Assembly: GCA_026770705.1 (NCBI GenBank)
Contig: JANJGN010000007.1
Span: 109,492,001 to 109,556,000, forward strand
Reading direction: 5' to 3'
DNA length: 64,000 nt
Origin: Isurus oxyrinchus
Taxonomy: Eukaryota
Shown here: positions 1 to 11,984 of the stretch, piece by piece
Layout: the number at the start of each line of letters is the position of its first letter
Numbering within the stretch: the stretch's first letter is position 1
Translations under genes and position numbers: made by a program
Notes under the pieces: generated by a model
The model's input: only the letters and a program-made list of their open reading frames with translations
Database searches by the model: none
What the model was told of the DNA's origin: nothing

Positions 1-2279
1 ACTTCCATGTTACCTCGTTGCGCCTGCTACTTTTTTTTATTTCTTTCGTTATTTCCTTTCTGGTGTTAGGTGGGCTAAGAACTGCTGCTGACTGCTGCTT
101 CGGTTGGTAATTAGATTTTAGACTAAAGAAGAGAGTTCTTGGCTGTGCGACTATCGCTTCCTGTGCTTCTGAAAAATTTCTGACATTTTATTTTTGACAT
201 GTTAAAATAATACAGATGAGATGTCTGGAGGCTGCATGTTTGCTTTAGAATTCAACGATTTTGAAGATTTTGCAAAAAGTAAGATGAGTAAAGAGCTTCT
301 AGATCGGTCCAATGCGAATACTGCAGCTTGTATAACAGACCACTTAAATTTCATCTGGTATCTAATCAGCTCATTCTCGTGTTTTACTTCCCTCGCGCAC
401 ACACTTACCAGTGCACATGCAGTCTGACTTACCTTTGACATTGTTCCCTAGGAACCAAGAAAACAACCTCCTGTGATGTAGGATTACGATCGCTGGGGGA
501 AGGCCGTTCATCGAATTCAACAGTTTGGACTGACTAGTGGATCTGGATGGCTACTTAGTTCATGTCGGTATCTGCCCAGAATATATTTAAATTGCAACTA
601 AATACTAATCTCAACCTTATGCACCCACCAACCCCACCGCTGAGAATTTGAACTTTCCGTCAGACGGGCTTCGTGAGTTTAAATATGAACTACTGAAACT
701 TGATCGGGGGCTCCATTGACCCTGAACTCAATAAATTGTATTAGTGAGCCTCGGTCAGATACTATTGGAGGCGTTGCGTGATCTAATGTAGATTTCATTT
801 TCCAACAAGGCAAGATGAGTTCATGCAACTTAATTTCATGCAAATGTAATGCAGATAAGTTTTGTCTGGTTTATGCGATTGCGCACTGTACATACTCAAA
901 ATATATGAATACATTACAGAGACGTTAGCCGGAAGCAAATGGACCATAGGCCAGAGCTTGCATTCCCTGGTTGGGCAGTTTACAAACAGGCTCCCCACTA
1001 GCGGTCGGCGCCTTAGCTAGGGTTCTGCCTTATGGCATGGTTTGCATCCTTCTCCATCTCTGTTCCACAAAGCATTATTAGTGATTTTATGCACCAAATA
1101 TTATCAACATGTTCTCGATGTTCTCAATACTGAAATTTCAGAAGTCGTCCTTGTGTTTGTTTCAGTAATTTGCAATTATTTGCAATTGTTATGTTTCCAG
1201 CAGTTCTTATTGCTGGACAAGTCATTTCCCAGAATTGAACCAGACTTAATAGATCACTATTTTATTTAAATTTTTGCAAAGTCGTGAAGTGTAGATCATT
1301 TACTGAACCGGTTCACTGGGCTGCTGTTGATTTTTTTTAACAAAAGGATGAAACAGTTACTAAACAAGAATTATTAACTCTATCACACTATATACCAGAT
1401 AGGTTGGAAAGATTTTCAATACAGACATCAAGGGAACAAATGATTCAAACTCACTCTTGCTGTCACCCCAGCAGTAACTTATACAGACCCAATACTCCAG
1501 GGAACTGCAGTCATAATTATGCACCAAGGGTAGAGCTGATTCAGTTGTAAATACTTTTTATCGCGGCAGACTACTGAACGATTTGGTATCTGCCTTGAGA
1601 TCCAAAACTCACTTGACATTCACCGCTACTTTACCTCAGAACAACTCACATAAGATTCTTAAACATATTTACTCACTATTCTGATGGAATTACCCAGCTA
1701 GAAAGAGATATTTAAACGGTTGTCTTCACCTGTGGCATGACCAGAGCAGCTGAACTCAAAACTACTTTCTGTTTATCCCTAAACCGCTGTGTGCCCCCTT
1801 CCCGTCGCTAAGCAACTGCATCGTTTTTTCTATAATTTGTTTTAAAACCCCGGCACTAATCACCGCTTGATAACCCACCTCTTTATAACAAGAGCCATAA
1901 AACCTCATTACAATGCAAGTATACAAACAAACCCACAGACTTGCAGGCAACATTCTTAAGTGAAACCAACCCAGGTTTCTCCTTTCTTAACACAAGCACA
2001 GAAAATATAAATACAACTTAAACTTAAAACCAAAACTTAAACTTATAGCTAAAGCATAGTCCGAACACGTATAAATACACATACAACTTGCGTAACCTAT
2101 CTATAGTACCTAACACCACAATATTTCCTCTAAATTCAAATTGAAGTAATCAACTGCAAACGCGTATATTTCGCCTTCTCTATCCGCTATAATGACAGAC
2201 AAAGTCTGATCGAGTCCTCGTGATGCAAGCCAGGAGCCCAAAACTAGGTGCTGTAATGCACATACACAGCAGTGCCCGT

Positions 2280-2635
2280 CAATTTGTGGGTGCACTTCAG
2301 CCCCAACGCTGCTGACCTTTGGTCACCCGGTGCTTGTGGGCCTGGCCAATGTGGCTCAGGCAGCGGGCGGTCGAGGGGATCATACGAGCCGACTGTCTGC
2401 CGCTCTACCGCGGCAATGTTCGAGGCCTGGTGGCCCTGGAGAGGGAAGACGCGCTAGAGGCCTTCGCGATCGGTGTGCACCGGGAGCTGGGGTGCATCGT
2501 CACCTCCGTAAATGGCATTTTGATTTAATTTTGTAAGCTTCCTTTCACATTTTTTTCTTTTAGCTACAGTATCCCACCAAAGGTTGTCACCCCCTACTCA
2601 TTTATCAATTTTTAATTTAATTTTGTTTCTCAAAA
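2280..2635 (+). mobile_element. Tx1/L1-clade LINE 3' fragment
   Basis: Degenerate C-terminal peptide (WVHFSP..FGHP; RQRAVEG..DCLPLYRGNVRGLVALERE..ILI*) followed by a T-rich 3' end. Confidence 0.6.
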
Positions 2636-4484
2636 GAGTACACCCTCAGCAGTTCAGCAGCGCCACCAGGAGAGGAGCTGATGGCTGGAGCTGAACACGA
2701 TGAATGAGGGCCCATTGATAGCCATGCGTTCTCGAAGACAGGTAAGTGGAGCCTGGGAATCGCTTCGAGATATCTCTTAGGCCAGGCAGAGCTGAAGCTT
2801 CGGAGCCCGCTGCAAAACCGTCAGTGTTAACCTGCTGGTCTCCTCACGCGGCCGGAGAGACTACGGTTAGGGGAGAAAAGTATTGGAGGCGTGAAGTAGA
2901 GCTTTGGGGCTCAGTTGGGCTCTCCCGGCGCTGGCAAAATGACACGCCATCGCGAAAAGAACAACGCTTCACCGATATCATCCCGTGCCATTTTACCAGC
3001 CTTCACGCACCCTGCATCTTCCCAAAAGCTCACTTCCGAGATATTCATAAAGGGAGAAAGGTGCTTGAGAAGGCATTTCCCGTTCTTTGATGACAGTTGC
3101 GCATTCACAGGCTTTTCCACTTGATAAAACTATCACCAGCAATTGTGAGCAAGTGGAAGCCAAGAACGTTACTGACTGTGCATACGCATGTAAAATAACC
3201 ATAGAGAGAAAGCGAATTAAAATAATGAATGCAGATGCAAAAATAAAGATCACAGTTGATTGGTTCAGGCAAAAATGTTAACAGCTACTTACAATAGTTT
3301 ACGTGATTAGTAGTTCTGAAAGAAAGTAGAGTAACATCAACGCTGCATTGGCAACCAATTCACCAGTGAAGTAGAAAACTCGCACACATTTTAAAAAGTT
3401 AAAGTCAAATTGATCGCTTACCGTAAATAAATTTCTCGGCGACCTCAGTAAAGGACACAGGTTTGCAGTTCGGTTGACGAATTGAAGTGACGTGTGACAC
3501 ACAGGGCTTGATTTTTAGTCCTCCCCGAGTCCAGGGGCGGAGGCAGTTGAGCAATAATACCAGTGCTGCCAGTGGGCGCGCTAGTTCCGAAGCTCTATTC
3601 CCGTTAGCATGAATTACATGGAGACATTATTTGCAGGAGGTTTGGGTGGGCGGCGTGGGGGAAGGGGAGGGGAGGGGTGCGGCGAGGCTATGATATTGTT
3701 ATCTTCAGGTCGGTAACACGATATTGCTAATAGATTGTGGCTGTAAGGAACACGCCTTTGCATCTAAATGGAATGGAGGGTCCACCAAAATCAGGTAATC
3801 AGTTGACCTCACTCAGGGTGCTGGGCAGAAGTATAAAGCAAAGTAACAAGTGTCAATCAGCTGAAGGTAGCAGCCTAACAATTATGTTCAAAATATCGAT
3901 ATTTACAAGTGCTATGCTTGAAGTTGTATACGGAAGTAGAACCGAAAATGTAATATGGACAGCACCCATTGCTCGCACTGAAATTCGAAATAGGGAAAGT
4001 TGTTCGTGGGACGGTGGTGGGTGGTGGTGGGGGGTGGGGGCGCCTGACTGCGAATCAATCAATAACAAATCAAGCAGCCAATGCAAATCTTGACCAGCCA
4101 CGACTCGACTAGGACTACACATTGGGGACAGGAAGTATATGGGCTGTGCGCTGTATAAAACCATACCAACGACTTACTCGCTCCCAGGAGGATTCCTATT
4201 GTAGCCAATGTGTATGCGTTTATGGGAGCTGGCCTTTGCGGAGCCGCCACGATTGCATTTGTTAGGATGATCTCGAAATAAATACGGGCCTGAATTAAAT
4301 CTCACAAAGTGATGAAGCAAAGCGAACTAGAATTTCGCATTCCCAGAAAGAATACTGACAAAAAGAATGCTGAAGAATCTCTGCTTTGGGAATAGAACCT
4401 CCCCTATATCATATGTTTGTTAACGTCAGAAGGCTTCAAATAGTGGAATGTCTCCCATCACAATGGCCCCTGTCACAAATTTTA

Positions 4485-5030
4485 TTCAGTCAAGGAATGT
4501 GGACGTCAGTGGACAGGCCAGCATTTTTCCCGCCTCCTATTGCCCTTGAGAAGATGGTGGTGAGCTGCCTTCTTGAACCGCAGCATTCCTTGTTGTGTAC
4601 ATACACTGACATTGTTGTTGGGGAGGGAGTTACGGGATTTTGACCCAGCGACAGTGATGGAACGGCGATATATTTCCAAGTCAGTGTGGCGAGTGTCTTG
4701 GAGCGGAACATTCATGTGTCTACTGCCCTTGCCGTTCTGGGAAGTAGCGGCCGCAGGTTTGGAAGGTGCTCCCTAGGGAGCGTTGGCGAGTTCCTTCAGT
4801 GGATCATGCAGCTGGCACTCCACTGGTTGCTGCCACTGTGCTCTGGTGGTGGACGGAACAAATGTTTGTGGATGGGATGCCAATCAGTGGCTGCTTTGTC
4901 CTAAATGGTGTCAAGATTATATAATGTTGTTGGAGCTGCATTCATCGAGGTAAGTGGGGAGTATTCCATCACACTCCTGACTTGTGCCTTGTAGATGGTG
5001 GACAGGATTTAGGGAGTCAGGGAGTGAATT
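4485..5030 (-). mobile_element. 3' fragment of the CR1/L2-group LINE family seen at 12-15 kb
   Basis: Reverse complement matches ~14400-14950. Confidence 0.85.
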
Positions 5031-8000
5031 GCTCATTGCAACTCACACATATGCTCACATCTCCATCTGGCCTCATCTCTTCTGGCAACAGCGTCCTCAT
5101 CCTGTCCATTGTTGCACTCAGCACACAAGCACGTCTGCCATCCTTCTCATTTGGTTTGGTATGCGTCCTGCTCATACTCCTCTCATCTGTCTTTATGCAG
5201 GACAAGATCACGCACAATCACCAGGATAGGTCCTAGACCAGCGATGGAGTAATCAACATCATGGTCCTCACTCCCTTTGAGATGTAAGCATAGAAGCTGA
5301 CCACAGAGGGCGCCGACCATTCCTGTGATGATGGTCAGTTCAGTGGCAAGCACCCACATATGGATCCTGCACCATATGATCCCTCAGTCAACGCTGCTCT
5401 GAGTCTACTTCTTTGTGTTCAACGTGGCTGCCAAACACTAATAATATCCACCTTCCGTCCAATGCACATCTGACATGGTGCCTTCAGGCAACCTTGAGCC
5501 TGACACCAACCCAGAGTCCACCTTGTATTAGGGACCTGAGGGATGCACCACTGAAGACCAATCATGGCGCTGACCCACACACTTTGACAGCAGCAGCGAC
5601 ACACACCACACACCTCAGTTGGGCCTAGAAATAGAGTAGCCTCAGGTTCATAATCTGGAGAGCATACCACACATTCTGTTCCACAGCAGGCAGAGACAGG
5701 GACATCCTTGGTCGCCGGCACCTGGAGGACTGCTGGAGGCAAGGAACCTGCTGGGTCCAAGTCAGGTGATGAGTCTCCGGACTCAGACCTCAATCAATTT
5801 GCAGAACTGCAAAGCCGGAACATCAGGAAGGAAAGTCTGGTGCACTGTATTGATTGCCAAGGGATGATGAAGGAGTCTGGCTGCCTTCAATCCAAGATGA
5901 TAGCATTGGCATCGAGGACAACACGGCAGGGTATCATCTGCCATGAATACTTAGGTCCAGGACATCCGTCCTGCACAGCTGCGGGATCTGCACTCCAACG
6001 CTGATCCCATAATTGTCCTCCAACAATCTCAATGTGAGAGGGATGGGGGGCAGCTTGATCTCACTCCAGCTTCTCCTGCAGTCATCACAGACAGGGCATA
6101 GAAGTGATCAGGCTGCCCCTACCTCCACTGCGGTGGCTGGGGATGTAGCAGCAGAGTTAGGAAGGTTAAGAAGATGCAGTTTCACTGCCTGGCACGGATG
6201 TACATAATGTGTACACTTGTACATAATGTTCACAATTTTAAATGAACTCCCCAGAATGTTTCCTTGCCTATCTTCCCCTGTTCTGATGAGCACTGTTCGT
6301 GTCAATCAGATGGTTCCTGCACAAGATAAAGACAGGTGCCTCAGGCAAGGGTCTCTTCACTATGCAGTGTTTAACCTTCAGACCACAGTGATGCTCCAGC
6401 TTAGCACTTACAGGACACATTAGTGATGCCTGCACCACGATGGTGCTTGTCATTGCTGCCAGAATGTCATAAGCAGGCGACACAGAGTTCTGTCATTTCC
6501 TCTGTGTGCTGTCAGCAGCTTTGAGGTGGGGCTGGCCCCCATCACTTCAGCATCTGTGACCAGTGATGGTGTGCTCCTGTGTGTTCAAGGCTCACAAATG
6601 AACAGGGTCATTTAAAGTTTCACAGCAGTGTCTCCATGATATGAATCGGATCACAGAGCACAGGCAAGCTTCCCTCACCCAGACAGGAGTCAGACATTTA
6701 CAGGGGCAATGTGAAGAACTATGGAGTGTCCTTATTGCACGTCCTCATCATCCTCCTGGAAACTAGTGACTGTTAGGACTAGTTGTATCGCCATGACAAG
6801 AGCCTGAGCACTGAGGGTATGTACGCTGCCATCAGCTACATAGGAGTCAAATGTTCATAGATGCAAGGTATCAGGATTTTCCTCACTGCATCTCGTCATC
6901 ATTCTCCATGAATTTTGTGGCTCTGAAGGCCTCCCGAGCGTGCCTGCCTCGCCTGGCCAGTGCGATGGCCTCCTTGTCAGCATCCTTGCTTTTGAGGACC
7001 TCATCACCATCATCCCATTCTAAGTCATCCTCATCGGAGGGGGCGTGCAGCTCTTCCTTCTCCTCCTCAGTCAATTCCTCCCCTCATGACAGCTCTTCCT
7101 TCTCCTCCTCAGTCAATTCCTCCCCCCATGGCAGTGCTAGGCAGTGTAGCACACAACAAGCTACAATGATGCACAACACCCTCTAGAGAGTGCATTGTAG
7201 TGCTCCACCACACCTATCAATGCGCCAGAACCTCATTATCAAGATTCTCATCGTTCCACCAAAGTCTGGGTCACGCCATGAGCCTCATGATGCTTTTGCT
7301 CTGCCTGTAATCTGAGGTCACCACATGAGTATCATGAGCCATGCCCTCTGAAGGTAGCCCTTGCCCCCGAGAACCCAACACTGCAGCCTTTCTGGATACT
7401 GGAAGCAGTCAGTGACTTGAAACCACTAAGTATGGAGGAGTCGTGGACGATCCCTGGGAATCATGTGCAGACCTGTAAGATGCATTTGTAGCGATCGCAC
7501 ACCAGCTGAACATTTTGCGAGTGGAAGCCCTTGCGATTGAGGTAGTTGACTGCTTTCATGGAGGTCTGAGCACCTTGTGAATGCAGCCGCTGGCACCTTG
7601 CACCTGTGGGAAAACTGAGATCTGTGCAAATCCCAGTATTCATGATTTATGGCTTTCCCAGCCCCAGGTGAAATGCACAAAGCTCTGAGCCTCTGCGAAG
7701 ATGGTGTTCCTGACCTCCTGGATACGCTCTTGTGTAGAGGCTTGTGAGATCCTGCATAAGTACCTGTGGAGCACAGGGAGGAGTCACTGGCATAATAATT
7801 GAGTGCCACGGTCAGTTTCATGGCCACTGGCAGTGCATGCCCTCCATGTCCATGTCGCCAAATCCGGCAGTAGGTGGCATATGTGACCAACCAATTCCCT
7901 AGATATGCAACATCTTCAGCAACAGTTCACAGCCATTTGCATGAATGACAAGTGCAGGCCATAGACCTTGGGTCAAGCAAGGCTTCTACTATTGACGGCT

Positions 8001-8930
8001 TTCCATGAATCTTCAGCTGTGTGCACAGCAGGCCATGCTCCCCCGTCATCTTTGGGGAGATGTTCCATCTTTTGCCTAGCCAGGCGCCTCCACCACATTC
8101 TCCTCCTTATTCTGCGCTGCTCAATGCAAGCCACCAGTCATGCTGCTATATCACATGGCTCCATGATCCTATATTCACCTCCTGCAGAATCAAAGAGAAA
8201 GATGCCTGGGCTGTCACATTTGTCCAAAGGACTTCTCATGGTTAAGTTTGAAGACCCCTCCATGCATTCAGGAGAGTGTTGGCCACCACTTGAATGGTCA
8301 GTGTATAATGCAACTGGTGGCAGTCCGAAACTGCACCCACCTCCACCCCACTTCACTTGACTGATTGGTGGTAGCTTCGGCCATGGGACTGCATTCTCTG
8401 CTGGGGGCTCAATTGCAGGGGTTCTCCCTTTCAACAGTGCAACACTGCGCTGTTACCTTGAATGATGAGGGATACTGCTCCAAACCTTTAGAAATGCACA
8501 GTGATTCCGCCATGGTCACCTTTCGCAAGGGGATTCTACACCTTGCCCAGTTGGCCAATTGTTCTGCTGCCCCCTGAAGTACATATTAAGTTGTGGCCAA
8601 GGCCCGAGGTCAGAAACATTCTGCAGCATTGGTGGCACCTTCATGTTTTTGTGCTGGCACCTGAGAGTGTTTTGCCACTCACCATGCTTTCATAAGGTCT
8701 TGAATCGTGGCAGCCCATGGTTTACATTATGGCCGCACTGCTGCTGATCTCTTCCTCAACTGTTTTGATCCATTTCTGCTTTGCTGAAGCAGCAACCATC
8801 ACCCTCCTGACCATATGAGAGCTCACCCCTCTACCACTCCTAATTCATCTCCTCTGGACCTGCAGGAAAGTGTGGGAGACCTGGAAGCCAGCTTTTCCAA
8901 GTCCACTCACTATTGCTGTGAGTGTGGTAT
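5030..8930. mobile_element. Decayed PIF/Harbinger DNA transposon (transposase on the minus strand ~6850-8050; possible Myb/SANT partner remnants on either side)
   Basis: HARBI1-type motifs HALPVAMKLTVALNYYAS, YLNRKGFHSQNVQLVCD, IIVACCVLH and an acidic tail ending ARRGRHAREAF; many frameshifts; boundaries approximate. Confidence 0.75.
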
Positions 8931-9609
8931 CCTGAAAAAGAAACGAGAGCTGATGAGTTTCTATGGAATAATTAGGAGATTAAGAAAAAAACTCTTTTAC
9001 CCAAATAGTGCAGAGGATATGAAACATACCACCACAGATATTGACCGAAGCAAGTAGTGAAGATGTATTTAAGGGGAATCTAGACAACAACCTGACGAGG
9101 CAGAGAATAAAGGCCACAATGATAGATTTAGATAGGTAGTAGTTCAGAGGATGTTCGACTGGGGCCCCAACAGGACCCTAATCAAGATCATGAATTATAA
9201 TATGAGCGATTTTGACCAAGTTGTAGAACTTCAGATTGTTTGAGTTCTCAACTTCTCTGTAACATTTGCCATGATCAACGAAACCACCATTTTCCACTGA
9301 TTCTGCTTCATTTTGTACCTGGCTACTTGACAGGAAACAAAAGTGACTCCGAGCTTTATTTATTTCTGCAATTAACTTTCAAATAGTTTTTCTTTCACCA
9401 TTCTGTCCATAACATATATCCTAGCAATTGAATAAGCCCAGAAGTTACAAAACATAACTAAATTAAAAAAGCCTATTTTAGAAACCCGCAGTTACAAGAC
9501 GTCAAACGTCCTTGCGAAGCATCTTCTTGAAAATGACTGCAAGCTATTTATTGGCAGTTGCGAACGTACAGTTATTGTAGCGAGGGGTTAGTTGAATCAG
9601 TTGCTCAGA

Positions 9610-9664
9610 ATGTCAGCGCGCATGGTTCTTCAGTACCTGACTCTCTAAGGGGTCATTTACACAG
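9610..9664 (+). CDS. Gene A leader exon MSARMVLQYLTL*GVIYT (in-frame stop)
   Basis: 55 nt with phase-1 donor G|gtacct; aligns with the gene B leader MTTRAVLQSMHLIWIIFI, which has the same length. Confidence 0.8.
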
Positions 9665-9837
9665 GTACCTTTCTATTGATTGCCCCAAGCACCTTAAATT
9701 TATGAAATGTTTCCGATCCAACGTGCACATTAATTTAGTGAACTGTAATTATGCTTTGTAGATTATATCTTTCTCTATTTACTTCCCCATGTCGCGCCTC
9801 GTGCAACTAGCCTGTAACTGACTATATTTTCTGACAG

Positions 9838-10158
9838 TTGCTGACCACGTTTCATTCAGAGTGTCCCAGAAGCCCAAACAAGAGATTGTATCCAAAGGAG
9901 GAAACATCACTTTCTCCTGCACGTTCTCCAACTTCCAGGGCGATTCCTGTGTCACAGTGAATTGGTGGAAACGGGGTGAGACTGAATTCCTGCGAGAAAG
10001 CGACAACGATAGAAAACGATTTAGCCTGAATAACAAATGTTTCAGTACCTTCCAGTTGTTGAACGCAAATTTCCAAGATTCTGGAGTCTATCACTGCGCA
10101 ATGATGTATTAAGGACTTGTAAGAGGAAATGATACCGGGTCACAGCTAATCCTTTACG
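9838..10158 (+). CDS. Gene A V exon (VJ-type Ig V domain, internal stop)
   Basis: ag|..VSQKP..NITFSC..VNWWK..DSGVYHCAMMY*GLVRGNDTGSQLILY|gtaagt; 321 nt, phase 1/1. Confidence 0.92.
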
Positions 10159-10705
10159 GTAAGTCTGAAAGAGGAGAGTGGAATAATCGTTAACATATTG
10201 AACATAAACGGGGACATCCCGTGATTGTTTTATTGCACTGATTTGCCACTTTAAACACGACAATTAATACACTTCATGACAAGTTGTATATAGTCGTGTT
10301 CTCTGAATAGAAGTGCTACTTAGAAATTCAATGTCACTCTTAGAATATTGTAATATGATTCAATTAGACTTGAGTTCCAAAAGCAAGTTATTCCCCTGTT
10401 GTCTGATAGAGGATGTTCGGAATGAATTCCAAACATGAGACTGAATGAAATCACCTATTTAGTGCACATCTTCCAGCGCATACAGGGCTCTTAGCCAATT
10501 TTTGAAGCACAGAATGTCATCTCACACACCGCCAATAACTATACTTACAGGGGGAGGGTATTGCTGAACCCCCTGCGGTTTATGAATATCATTTATTTCA
10601 CCAGTTGTCTTGCTTCCACAATGCAATTTGTCCCATGTGGATCAAGTCCTTGCTTTTAACAGCAGAATATTCGTCACTCTATACCACATATGGAGCGCGC
10701 CAATC

Positions 10706-10781
10706 CCACCCCCCCCACCCCCCACCCCCACCCCCACCTCCTCCCCTCCCCCCCCCCCCCCCCCCCCCCCCCCCCTTCCCC
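10706..10781. repeat. C-rich/poly-C tract in a gene A intron
   Basis: (CCCCCA)n followed by ~28 C; the Pro-rich ORFs here are artefacts. Confidence 0.9.
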
Positions 10782-11085
10782 GGCAAGGTTTACTTAGTTT
10801 TTTTCAACACGAATATTAAGTATTGAATATTAAACAGTCGGGGCTTGTCTGCTGAGTAATTGGAGTCTTGGACTTGATAACTCAAGTAAAAATGAACAGA
10901 TGCAAGTGTCTCTGAGATATCTGGATGAGATATGTGCAGATGATCGGCAGAACATTACAAGGACAGGAGATTGCGCTTTCGAATAGCGCTATTATCATTA
11001 AACGAACCGAATCTAAAGCAGGCTCAGGTTTAACTTCTCCCAGTGGTGCCTGGTGAATCCAATTGTTTTATTTTCTATTTGACAG

Positions 11086-11397
11086 TGCCCCCAACCCCAC
11101 TGAAGATTGTCTCCAAACCACCTGAATTGAATTCAGATGCTTCTTTGACTCTTATGTGTGAAACAGCTGCATTTTACCCGGAGAATTTCACCCTAACGTG
11201 GTATAAAAATGGCATAGAAATTACATTAGGCATACACAACATCAAAGTTCAGAACACCGAGGAACTGTACGAAGTTTCAAGCTTTTTGTCTCTGGTGGAA
11301 CCTGTTCCAAGCGAAACCAATTTTAGCTGCTCAGTAACTCATGCTTCTCTCCAGGCTCCAACTTTTGTCACTCATATTATTTCAAAATCTAACCAAG
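11086..11397 (+). CDS. Gene A C1-set Ig domain exon
   Basis: LTLMCETAAFYPENFTLTWYKNG...FSCSVTHASL is the C1 signature (CxxxxFYP, W, CxVxH); 312 nt, phase 1/1. Confidence 0.95.
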
Positions 11398-11984
11398 GTA
11401 CGAGGTAGACGAACCAAGAAGGTGAAACAGGTACTGTTCAATCCGTGAAGTATTATAACGTAAGCTTTGTACATGCTAGTACTCCTGAAGTTACTTCACT
11501 GCATTATCATTGTAATTATTAAAGAAATCATTAATTTACTAATTTTGACTTTAAATAATATAAACGAACACTATGTGTGCTAAAAACAAGTCATGTCATA
11601 TGGCAAGTAAATATTCTCCGTCAACAGTATTTATTTCCAATTTATTTCATTTGATGCATAACAATTATAATCAGGAGTTCATATTTTCTATTCCACTATA
11701 TTGCCGCACTTGTTTATAATTCAAGTATTTCAGTTTTTTGTTTCTGTGCTAAAATAGGTTTATTCATTGCCTGTGCTTGTTCGTCTTCACATTGCTTACG
11801 CTCGAAATCCATCCAGTGTAGATTCCGATCTTCAACATTTCCCCTAACGCCGTACCTTCCCTTCATACACCATCCCCATCCCCACGCCACTTCTTTTGCA
11901 GATTTCTGAAATTATCCCCCTCCCTAACTTTTGCACCAACCCCTCCAACCCTACAATCTAGTTTTCTCATACTCTTTAGGAAAG

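Noticed and set aside
7049-7133. 42-bp tandem duplication
   Set aside because: Local slippage in the acidic tail of a dead Harbinger transposase.
10605-10826. Proline-rich ORFs
   Set aside because: Translation of a poly-C tract.
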